From NCBI GenBank assembly GCA_032718475.1, contig JAUCBJ010003524.1, forward strand, positions 1-57,480: a DNA stretch of 57,480 nt, written 5' to 3'. Below are positions 12,071 through 23,737 of this stretch, in pieces. A program made the position numbers and the translations under genes. The stretch is from Nemertoderma westbladi. Taxonomy: Eukaryota > Animalia > Xenacoelomorpha. The stretch's first letter is position 1. The number at the start of each line of letters is the position of its first letter. The notes under the pieces were generated by a model. The model was not told the origin of the DNA. It did no database searches and saw nothing but the letters and a program-made list of their open reading frames with translations.

Positions 12071-12184
12071 TTGATTTCACTAAAAAATAGAATACATTGC
12101 ATTTTACTGTTATAATTACTGTATTGAATAAAATAATTAATTGATTGTTTATTAAACCGTGCTAAGCACGTTGAACTGGAGCTC

Positions 12185-12470
12185 TAACAATTCCCCACTA
12201 GCGGCAGACAGGAACTGTAAAAGTCTCTGTAGAATTTCTAATTAAGCAATGCTCTTAGGTAACTACTACTAAATTTCAGATGAATCTGATCGTTGGTTCT
12301 ATAATTACAGCTATTTTTACGTTTCTGTTAATTCGCCCCCTAGCGGCAGACCGGGGAACTGTAGAAGTCTGTCTGTGTGTAGAATTTCTAAATTTTTTTA
12401 AGACTACAAGTGTACCAAGTTTGGTTCCATTTCATCCATGATTGACCGACTTATTAGCGTTCAAACATTC
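12185..12470 (-). mobile_element. Inverted, diverged Helentron-like core module with CTCF-like motifs
   Basis: 12410-12465 is a diverged reverse complement of 3055-3110. CGCCCCCTAGCGGC at 12334-12347. The module recurs at ~14997-15107. Confidence 0.55.
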
Positions 12471-12914
12471 CTGCCACGAATAAAAGCTGCAGGAACTCGA
12501 GCGATAATTAATTTATTTATTATTAAATACTGTTTCAATTAAATTCTTTACGAAAATCTAGTCATCTTCTTTTAAATATGGACCCTGCATTCATGGAAAA
12601 TATAATATTTGATAATTCATCAGTCACCAGTCAGCCTACGCTAATTTCACAGCAAAGTCCTTGTCATGGCCTGTGTGTAGTAGGCCATGGTACCACCCTA
12701 CTACCGGTACCGGCTGACCGGTGGCAACTAGCACTTGCACAGCAACAGCCCTACCGGCGATACACAGGTTGAAATTTATGTAGAGTTTGCTCAACAGTAC
12801 AGATATAAAATAGTTATCTAAATTATATATATTACTATTGACAAGTATTGAAATATATACCGTTATTCGTGTTATCAGTATTTGCAACATCTGACATTGA
12901 AGAGGTGAGAGAAG

Positions 12915-13373
12915 ATGAATACCGACACTCAACAAAACCAACGCTTATCACAGGTCGGTATGGTTACCTCGAAACCGGCGCGACTGTCCACTCGAATACA
13001 ACTTCAAAACACAAACGCCAACAATAAACTGAAAGCGAATCGAACGTCTTCAGAAGAATCTGTCATTGGGACGAAGAAAAGGAAGCCGAAACCACGGGAA
13101 TGGACCACAGCTAAGATTGAATGCTCCCATTGTCAGAGTTCCTGGACCGAAATTGAAACACCAATTGCCGATGGGCTTGATCTCTCAAACCAAAACTTCC
13201 TCTGCGGGGTTTGCGCGGCAGTAAAGATTGAAAGTCTGGAAGCTGGCATCCCTAGGTATTATTATTATAAAGAGCGTCAGCCTGCGTTTAATAAATATAT
13301 TTTAATACAAAACAGGTCGAACGCAAAGAGGCTTATAATGAAGACGAGTACTGCATTGATTATATTCCTATAA
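12915..13373 (+). CDS. Second copy of the 152-aa partial PHD-like ORF
   Basis: One amino-acid difference (G4D) from 4271-4729. Confidence 0.35.
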   Translation: MNTDTQQNQRLSQVGMVTSKPARLSTRIQLQNTNANNKLKANRTSSEESVIGTKKRKPKPREWTTAKIECSHCQSSWTEIETPIADGLDLSNQNFLCGVCAAVKIESLEAGIPRYYYYKERQPAFNKYILIQNRSNAKRLIMKTSTALIIFL

Positions 13374-14492
13374 ACCACCTGGCTTTGCATATTGAACGTG
13401 CGTTTGGAAATAAGTTCGTGCTACCCTTCCGTGGGTGGTAGATGTCGCGGTTATGTATTGGTGGGTGGGAAGGGAGGGGGGGGGGGGGGTGCAGATTAAA
13501 AGGGGTGAACACGTACTGTCCCCCTTTCTTTGATTAATTGGTGGTGTTGGTTAATCTCTCATAACCTGATTTTGTGATACAGTCGCACAATTTTAATTTG
13601 TATCTCATAACTGGGCCTCGTGCTGCGCGAAGGCCCCACGAACGTGTAACATTTGGTGTTCGATTTAAATATAGTAGAAACCATTTTCATGCTCGAGTAG
13701 GAATATTTTTGCTTGATTTGGCGGAAATAAGGTGGTGAAATAGAAATACAAGAGCCTTGATTGTAATGTGGGAAAACTTATTATAGTTAATAAGTTAATT
13801 TATTTTTAGATTTTGAACTTAAAGGGGCAACATTTTGTTAAATATTATAGTACCCCATATCCGATAATTTTATTTGCAGGGGCCGGTTGCATAAAACCGA
13901 CTTATCTCTAAGTTCGACTTAACTTTAAGATAAGTCCATTCCGTTAACTAAGTCAGTTTAAAAAAAAATATGATAATATAAGTGCGACTTAAATATATAA
14001 CTTGAGTCATAAAAGATAAGGGAGGTAGGGTACCTTAAGTGCGATAAGTTTCACTTAAAATCTGAGAACGTTCTAGTGTTTATATAGTTGGGATAGCAAC
14101 ACTAAGCTTATTATTATGGTTTTTATACAGTATCTGTCGCACTATAGTTAGAGGCATACTACTGTCGTTATAAAGCATATATCTGCATACTGTTTATTAA
14201 TAAATCGAGAAATTAGGGTTGTACAGTAGTTCCACCCATCATGGTTTGGTTACATTTTGTGCCCATACGTAGTTGAGTACTCATCCTCCGAGATTGACGC
14301 GCGTTGCCGCCAATTGCACCTTCCGCGACATTTAGTATATTTAAAACTAAATAAATAAATTCTGATTCAAAATTTTGAATCAGAATTTATCACAAAATCC
14401 ATATCTCTAAGCTTTTTTGTATACTTTATTTAATTATCGAGATATAATATTGTAAGTAAAGGTGCGTTAACATAACACATGTGCATGTAAGG

Positions 14493-15423
14493 ACACGTTC
14501 GTGGGGCCTTCGCGCAGCACGAGGCACAACCATAGGTTACAAATTAAAATTATTCAATTCTACTGTATCATAAAATCGGCATTTAAGAAATTTAACCAAA
14601 CCGCTAATAAATCGAAGAAATGGGCACAGTTCCTCACGCTTTTTCAAATCTCCACCCCAACACAAAAGCACACAGGGTACCTGTACGAGAGATTGATGAT
14701 AGTTGACACGGCAATTAACACAAAATTTACTAATAGACATTTAGTAGATCTATATACCAGTAGACATTTAGCTACCAATACCATTAAAGGATGCAAGTCA
14801 TAGATACTCATGGCTAGTAGTCCCTTTAGACGCAAAATGCCCTTGCCCCAATGTGGGGTTCGAACCCACGACCTCTGGAGAAACGTGAATTCAATGTAAC
14901 TACTACGCGAGATGGAACTGAAACATTTTACAGATACGTGTTGTCTGCGTACACAAGGTCGCGGTCGCAGATACGGAATATCCGGGATAATATGTTTAGA
15001 ATTTCTAATTCAGCTCATTGTTACGACTAACAAATTTCAGATGAATCTGATGGTTGGTTCTATAAGTACAGCTACTTTTATGTTTCTGCCAATCGCCCCC
15101 TAGCGGCGTTATGTGAATATTCAGTTCTAACAGATTCAGACAGCTTCAAACAGAATCAGATAACATCCAACACTCTTAACTCCCAACTTTCTGGCCACTA
15201 GGATACTACGGAGTAAAAGTGTCTGAAACTACAATGTCGGGCGAGCCATGATTAGTGAGCGATGCCTCTAGCACACAATTTTCATCAATATATAGGGCCA
15301 AATGTCCGTCCTGTCTCCGTCCGCCCGTACGTCTGTCACTCCTTCTGTCTGTCTGTCCGTCCATCCGTCTGTCAGTCCGTCTGTCTGTCTGTCCGTCCAT
15401 CCCTTTGTCCGTCCGTCTGTCAC
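14493..15423. mobile_element. Helentron/HINE-like fragments: an inverted relative of the 2890-13647 family plus a GTCY-microsatellite piece
   Basis: ACACGTTCGTGGGGCCTTCGCGCAGCACGAGGC is the reverse complement of the family's 3' end. GTCC/GTCT microsatellite at 15303-15423 is typical of DINE-1/HINE elements. Confidence 0.6.
14844..14920 (-). pseudogene. tRNA-derived sequence (SINE head or tRNA pseudogene)
   Basis: Minus strand reads GAGGTCGTGGGTTCGAACCCCAC: an intact T-arm/B-box. D-arm, anticodon arm and acceptor stem are degenerate. Confidence 0.55.
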
Positions 15424-15969
15424 CGGATGTTCAAAGAAACATAGAAGAATTGAAAAAAAGGGGTGAGTAATACATATAAAGGATAAATCGCGAACATATG
15501 CTTCATTCCTGCGCCGTTTTTTTTTAAAGTGATGTTCGTGGATAGTGGTGCTGCTGGCTTGATTGGAAACAATTCTGGTGTTGTGAGTCATTCTACTGTG
15601 GTCGATGTTATTGGTGTGGGAGAGGTAGAACAATGGGATTAAAATGATATACCACATGGGGGTAAGGAAATCACGTCAACCAGTACTGAGAATCTTTATG
15701 ATGCTTCTGTGTGGGCGCCACTGACGAATATACAACAACTAGGATCGTCGTTAATGGCTGCTAACAAATCATCTACAGAGAAACGCAATTCAGATATCAA
15801 GAGAAGCGCACCCGATAATCGAAAGCTGCAGCAAAAGTTGCTAGAAGAGCAATTATTTTGTTTAGTTCAAGAAAATCGTGCAGTAATAGAAGAAAAACGT
15901 GGACTAGTGAAGAAAAAAAGACGTCTCCTAGATCTTAAAATTGCGTTGGCTGAAAATGAACTTAGTTGA
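15424..15969 (+). pseudogene. Remnant of Harbinger Myb/SANT-like partner gene
   Basis: QRNIEELKK resembles the SANT helix 3. C-terminal coiled coil EEKRGLVKKKRRLLDLKIALAE*. Convergent with the transposase. Confidence 0.45.
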
Positions 15970-16401
15970 AATTCTGCTAGCACTATTGACCTTAACGCTT
16001 TCACTATTGGAGGCATCGGTTGAAAATTGATTTTCGAACTTTATATTGTATTGTATAAAGCTCACTTAATTATATTTTTTATATTGTATAATAAATTATT
16101 GTATTATATATATAATTATAATTATATATTATTACTTACAGTACATGCAGTATTATGTTTGTGACATTTAGTAATATTTTATTAACTTGAATTATATTTT
16201 TGCTATCGCGATGCTTCATAAAATTAGAATTATGAAAGTGAACAAAGTAGCAAATTATCCATTCAAGTTGTTTATTGTAATATTAGTTTCATATTGTAAC
16301 TGTCACCGGTAATGTCTGACTGTCACAGTTAGGCACAGCATACAGCCGGAATATGTTATGTTGCTATTATGTTACAAAATATGCCTTTTGTGTTTTGTTG
16401 A

Positions 16402-17221
16402 TTAAATGAAATGGTTAATTATATGAACTCTATAACAGAATCCATTCTCTGGTCCATCATACACAATGCCCATATCAAATGGCACAGGATCTGGAGGCAA
16501 ATTCTCAAAGTTATGATTTTCTCCTCTTTCAACAGCGATGTTGTGTAACACAATACAAGCACCAATGACTCGACAGGCACGCACTGGTGGTAGTCTTAGT
16601 CCATTGTGCAGTGCTGGAAACCTTCGTTTTAATATTCCGAAGGAACGTTCAATTACAGACCGTGTAGATTTGTGCTTCCTATTATATCGTTCTTGATTCA
16701 CAGTATTTGGGTAAGTCAATGGGGTCATGAGCCACGGCTTGCATCCATACCCTCTGTCACCTAATAATATTCCCCTTTTTTCACCTCTGTCAAACTCCTG
16801 GCCAATCAAATTGTTCTGTAAAATTCGAGAGTCATGGGCTGATCTTGGCCAATTGGCGACAACATTAAGAAATTTATTATTTGCATCGCATATACCTTGA
16901 ACATTAATCAAAATGGTAATTCTTACGATTCACGAAATCGGGCTCATTCGAGCCCCTGGGTGCGTCTATCCAAACGTGGGTTCCATCAATACATGCCACA
17001 ACGTGCAGAAAGTGAGCAATACTATAAAAATCCTGCATTAATGCTTGCACTGCTTTTTCTGTCTGTGGGAACTGAACAAATATATTAATTCTTCTACATA
17101 ATGCGTCAGATACCCTTTGTATTATTTGCGAAACCGTTGATTTATGACATTGCGTGGTGTCCCCAACAATAATTTGGAAAGATCCTGTTGCGTAAAAACG
17201 AAGTGCGACTGCAAGTTGCAA
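16402..17221 (-). pseudogene. Harbinger (HARBI1-like, DDE_Tnp_4) transposase, frameshifted and 5'-truncated
   Basis: ALRFYATGSFQ, ACIDGTHV, FVNRKNYH / INVQGICD, WPRSAHDSRIL, LLGDRGY, RSVIERSFGILKRRF. Frameshift at ~16910. Confidence 0.93.
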
Positions 17222-17667
17222 TTCTGCACTAAGTACATGCGTTTTGTTGGGTGTGAAATATCATGACGAATTAAATCCGATTTAACACAGAGTAGTTTAT
17301 ATCCGCCTCAATCATCGAACTCCATGTCAGTTATGCGGCCTGATCCTTCGGTTGTTGCGTGATTTATAACAGAGGCATCAGATTGGAAAGTTAGGGAGGA
17401 CTACTACTGAGCTCCAATGATTCAACACTTGAAACCTTGTTTTTTATTTACCCACACTTGTTTTTTTTACCCCATTTTAGAGTAAATAAAAAACATCACC
17501 TTTTAGACCCTAATTTCTTTAACTATATGTAATGTGATATTGTTTGATGATCATTAAATTAAATTTTTTATTAGCTTTCAGGAAATACCAAATTTATTTA
17601 ATTCCATGGAATATTTACAATTTTATTGACAAAAAACTGAAATTTGTTTTTTTTACCCCTAATGACT

Positions 17668-18783
17668 ATATACTACTCATCAAGGCGCATCGTGTGGGAT
17701 AGGTCACATGTTTGGGAAAAATCTGGTTTCTATGGTAACGGCCTTCAAAAAAGTCTATGTATCAAAGTCAATATTTGAAACTCTATTTGTAGGAAAACTA
17801 TAATAGATAAAACTTGGTGTTTCTCAACTCAACACTATAATTGAGTACTATAAACTATTGAGGTTAAATAGAAATTCCAGTTAACTTGGCAACCGGGATA
17901 AACAGATGTTAAAATTTATAAAATGTTAATTTGAAACTTAAGCTTAAGGTGTTATGACTTGGGACCAATCCCTACCCCACTATATAACTTATTCTGCGTC
18001 CGAATTTTATTGTTCTACTTTGTAGTTACCATGACAACCGCTGAAAACAGATGTTTTTAAAAAAAAATAACTCATTTTGACATAGACTTCGGGATAAAAT
18101 TTCACGAAACTAGGTATGTGTTATCTGGACCACTAGTTGGAACTTTTAGTGAAACTCAAATCATTCCAGAAACATCTAGTTATCGTGGTAACTGGAGTTT
18201 ATTAAAGTCTATATCGTTCAAGTCAATATTCATAACTCTATTTGTAGCAAAACTGTAATATATATAAACTTGGGGCTTTGCAACTCATCTATAAGGTCCA
18301 TAGCAGAGCCGATTGAGGTGAAAAGGAAAATCCAGTTACCTAGGCAACAAGACTAAACAGATGTTAACATTTATAAAATGATAATTTGAAGCACTAGTTA
18401 ATAGTATTATGACTTGGGACCAAGACCTCTACCCCCACTATATGACTTATTATACATCCGAATTACATTGTTCTATTTTTCAGTTTCCCTGACAACCACT
18501 GCAAACAGATGCATTTTGATAGAAAATCGGTAATTTGGACATAAACTACAATATTTTCTGAAACTCGGTATATGTGTTGTTATCTGAACCACAATCTGGA
18601 CTAAATCTTAGCTTTTATCAAATGTTAAACCAACAGTTCCAGAGAACTCTAGTTGCCACGGGAATAGAAGTTAATTATTGGCAAATGCTACTAAACTAGG
18701 CTAAGCAACGAACCAAAGTGTGGCCGTTTGTTTAATTTTCCTTAGCTTCGTGGTGGCATTTCCTTAAGGAAAAGTCTTTCTAG
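17668..18783 (+). mobile_element. 5'-truncated copy of the 1.27-kb Helitron-like family, opposite in orientation to the 46-55 kb cluster
   Basis: Reverse complement of the 46006-47271 unit. Ends TTCCTTAGCTTCGTGG, hairpin, CTTTCTAG|TA. Confidence 0.85.
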
Positions 18784-19050
18784 TACAGTATTATTTTACA
18801 GTATCATTTAGGAAGTTTGTTAACTTTTTCGTGTTGTTTAGTGCAGGCAGACATCCTGTATTAATATTATTATAGATTCTATTTATAATAAATCGACTTA
18901 TTTATGGTCTACCTCCAGCTACTCTTATATTGTTATACTTTAATAACGAACCTGTCTTTAGACAGGCTAGTTTTTCTCTAAAGCTGGGGACGGCAATAAC
19001 ACGATATATGTATGAGGGAGAGATATATGTTTGTACGTATGTATGTATAT

Positions 19051-22000
19051 AACATAGCTTATAACATAGCATAGCATATCATTGCATTGCATTGCATAGC
19101 ATAGCATAGCATAGCATAGCATAGCATAGCATAGCATAGCATAGCTTATTACATAGCATAGCCTAGCATAACATAGCATATCATAGCATAGCTTATTACA
19201 TAGCATAGCCTAGCATAACATACATAGCATAGCATAGGTTATTACATAGCATAGCCTAGCATAACATAGCATAGCATGGCAACATATGATAGCATAACAT
19301 AGAATAGCATAGCATAGCATAATATAGCTTATAACATAACATAACATAACATAACATAACATAACATAACATAACATAACATAACATAACATAACATAAC
19401 ATAACATAACATAACACGACACGACACGACACGACACGACACGACACGACACGACACGACACGACACGACACGACACGACACGACACGACACGACACGAC
19501 ACGACACGACACGACACGACACGACACGACACGACACGACACGACACGACACGACACGACACGACACGACACGACACGACACGACACGACACGACACGAC
19601 ACGACACGACACGACACGACACGACACGACACGACACGACACGACACGACACGACACGACACGACACGACACGACACGACACGACACGACACGACACGAC
19701 ACGACACGACACGACACGACACGACACGACACGACACGACACGACACGACACGACACGACACGACACGACACGACACGACACGACACGACACGACACGAC
19801 ACGACACGACACGACACGACACGACACGACACGACACGACACGACACGACACGACACGACACGACACGACACGACACGACACGACACGACACGACACGAC
19901 ACGACACGACACGACACGACACGACACGACACGACACGACACGACACGACACGACACGACACGACACGACACGACACGACACGACACGACACGACACGAC
20001 ACGACACGACACGACACGACACGACACGACACGACACGACACGACACGACACGACACGACACGACACGACACGACACGACACGACACGACACGACACGAC
20101 ACGACACGACACGACACGACACGACACGACACGACACGACACGACACGACACGACACGACACGACACGACACGACACGACACGACACGACACGACACGAC
20201 ACGACACGACACGACACGACACGACACGACACGACACGACACGACACGACACGACACGACACGACACGACACGACACGACACGAGACGACACGAGACGAC
20301 ACGAGACGACACGAGACGACACGAGACGACACGAGACGACACGAGACGACACGAGACGACACGAGACGACACGAGACGACACGAGACGACACGAGACGAC
20401 ACGAGACGACACGAGACGACACGAGACGACACGAGACGACACGAGACGACACGAGACGACACGAGACGACACGAGACGACACGAGACGACACGAGACGAC
20501 ACGAGACGACACGAGACGACACGAGACGACACGAGACGACACGAGACGACACGAGACGACACGAGACGACACGAGACGACACGAGACGACACGAGACGAC
20601 ACGAGACGACACGAGACGACACGAGACGACACGAGACGACACGAGACGACACGAGACGACACGAGACGACACGAGACGACACGAGACGACACGAGACGAC
20701 ACGAGACGACACGAGACGACACGAGACGACACGAGACGACACGAGACGACACGAGACGACACGAGACGACACGAGACGACACGAGACGACACGAGACGAC
20801 ACGAGACGACACGAGACGACACGAGACGACACGAGACGACACGAGACGACACGAGACGACACGAGACGACACGAGACGACACGAGACGACACGAGACGAC
20901 ACGAGACGACACGAGACGACACGAGACGACACGAGACGACACGAGACGACACGAGACGACACGAGACGACACGAGACGACACGAGACGACACGAGACGAC
21001 ACGAGACGACACGAGACGACACGAGACGACACGAGACGACACGAGACGACACGAGACGACACGAGACGACACGAGACGACACGAGACGACACGAGACGAC
21101 ACGAGACGACACGAGACGACACGAGACGACACGAGACGACACGAGACGACACGAGACGACACGAGACGACACGAGACGACACGAGACGACACGAGACGAC
21201 ACGAGACGACACGAGACGACACGAGACGACACGAGACGACACGAGACGACACGAGACGACACGAGACGACACGAGACGACACGAGACGACACGAGACGAC
21301 ACGAGACGACACGAGACGACACGAGACGACACGAGACGACACGAGACGACACGAGACGACACGAGACGACACGAGACGACACGAGACGACACGAGACGAC
21401 ACGAGACGACACGAGACGACACGAGACGACACGAGACGACACGAGACGACACGAGACGACACGAGACGACACGAGACGACACGAGACGACACGAGACGAC
21501 ACGAGACGACACGAGACGACACGAGACGACACGAGACGACACGAGACGACACGAGACGACACGAGACGACACGAGACGACACGAGACGACACGAGACGAC
21601 ACGAGACGACACGAGACGACACGAGACGACACGAGACGACACGAGACGACACGAGACGACACGAGACGACACGAGACGACACGAGACGACACGAGACGAC
21701 ACGAGACGACACGAGACGACACGAGACGACACGAGACGACACGAGACGACACGAGACGACACGAGACGACACGAGACGACACGAGACGACACGAGACGAC
21801 ACGAGACGACACGAGACGACACGAGACGACACGAGACGACACGAGACGACACGAGACGACACGAGACGACACGAGACGACACGAGACGACACGAGACGAC
21901 ACGAGACGACACGAGACGACACGAGACGACACGAGACGACACGAGACGACACGAGACGACACGAGACGACACGAGACGACACGAGACGACACGAGACGAC

Positions 22001-23202
22001 ACGAGACGACACGAGACGACACGAGACGACACGAGACGACACGAGACGACACGAGACGACACGAGACGACACGAGACGACACGAGACGACACGAGACGAC
22101 ACGAGACGACACGAGACGACACGAGACGACACGAGACGACACGAGACGACACGAGACGACACGAGACGACACGAGACGACACGAGACGACACGAGACGAC
22201 ACGAGACGACACGAGACGACACGAGACGACACGAGACGACACGAGACGACACGAGACGACACGAGACGACACGAGACGACACGAGACGACACGAGACGAC
22301 ACGAGACGACACGAGACGACACGAGACGACACGAGACGACACGAGACGACACGAGACGACACGAGACGACACGAGACGACACGAGACGACACGAGACGAC
22401 ACGAGACGACACGAGACGACACGAGACGACACGAGACGACACGAGACGACACGAGACGACACGAGACGACACGAGACGACACGAGACGACACGAGACGAC
22501 ACGAGACGACACGAGACGACACGAGACGACACGAGACGACACGAGACGACACGAGACGACACGAGACGACACGAGACGACACGAGACGACACGAGACGAC
22601 ACGAGACGACACGAGACGACACGAGACGACACGAGACGACACGAGACGACACGAGACGACACGAGACGACACGAGACGACACGAGACGACACGAGACGAC
22701 ACGAGACGACACGAGACGACACGAGACGACACGAGACGACACGAGACGACACGAGACGACACGAGACGACACGAGACGACACGAGACGACACGAGACGAC
22801 ACGAGACGACACGAGACGACACGAGACGACACGAGACGACACGAGACGACACGAGACGACACGAGACGACACGAGACGACACGAGACGACACGAGACGAC
22901 ACGAGACGACACGAGACGACACGAGACGACACGAGACGACACGAGACGACACGAGACGAGACGACACGAGACGACACGAGACGACACGAGACGACACGAG
23001 ACGACACGAGACGACACGACACGAGACGACACGAGACGACACGACACGAGACGACACGAGACGACACGAGACGAGACGACACGAGACGACACGAGACGAC
23101 ACGAGACGACACGAGACGACACGAGACGACACGAGACGACACGAGACGCCACGAGACGACACGAGACGACACGAGACGACACGACACGACACGACACGAC
23201 AC
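19051..23202. repeat. 4.1-kb compound satellite: (ATAGC)n, (ATAAC)n, (ACGAC)n, (ACGAGACGAC)n
   Basis: Degenerate ATAGC at 19051-19330, ATAAC at 19331-19415, pure ACGAC at 19416-20280, pure decamer at 20281-~22958, irregular to 23202. Confidence 0.98.
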
Positions 23203-23737
23203 TTTTTGAGTTTTTTTGTTGTACCTTTTTTGGTTCTTTATTGTTGTATTTTTTTTGTTTGTAGTACCCGGGACGTAATAGATTATTCATTCCAGTTTAG
23301 TTTTTAGTCTGTATTAACCAGGTACGAAATTGAAAAATGCGTTAACAGAATCAATAGAACAGCACTGGTCATCTCAAACTTGTACTTTTTTTAGTGAGGG
23401 GTACGACATTTTTTCACCAAAATGTGCAGTATTACCCGCAAATAATGCGACTAGCAATAATCTGAAAAATTAGAAATGTATTCCATTAGAATCAGCGCCC
23501 CACAAAACGAGTAGGGCGCAGAAACTGACGGATTCGTCGCGAATTTCGCAACGTCGGGAATATTTTATTATGTAAAATATTGGTTTTGCAAACGGCGGTA
23601 ACAACGCCGCGAGAAGGGGAGGGGGTGATAATGTGTTTGGTTTACAATACAATTATTTTGTTTACAGTATTATATTACAACAAAATTCTGTTGAAAGTTT
23701 CTGTGTGTGAGGAAGTCAGAATATATTAAATGTATTT

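Larger units (their letters stand above)
2890..13647 (+). mobile_element. Non-autonomous Helentron/HINE-like element, outer copy B, interrupted by nested insertions
   Basis: Starts TGTGGGGCGAGCCACGAAGTGAG. Contains a (TGTCGTTC)n microsatellite, an ATCCAAACTTGGTACACATG core and a subterminal inverted repeat GTGGGGCCTTCGTGCAGCA / TGCTGCGCGAAGGCCCCAC. Ends in the hairpin GGGCCTCGTGCTGCGCGAAGGCCC followed by CACGAACGTGT. Segments 4998-5207, 10236-10622 and 12689-13647 are near-identical to the inner copy. Strand is nominal. Confidence 0.65.
13879..17285. mobile_element. Decayed PIF/Harbinger transposon with convergent Myb/SANT-like and transposase remnants; right end lost
   Basis: Harbinger-like terminus GGGGCCGGTTGCATAAAAC at 13879. 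Plus-strand Myb-partner-like fragments at 15424-15969 and a HARBI1-like transposase on the minus strand. Linkage of the terminus to the genes is inferred. Confidence 0.6.

Noticed and set aside
14844-14920. Functional tRNA gene
   Set aside because: Only the T-arm/B-box is intact and no cloverleaf can be formed.
15206-15657. ORFs with DRRT/SVCLSV repeats
   Set aside because: They are translations of the GTCY microsatellite of a Helentron-like element.
19210-23290. Three 1287-1344-aa minus-strand ORFs (VSCRLVSSR repeats)
   Set aside because: They are translations of a stop-free satellite open in all three frames; nothing supports coding function.
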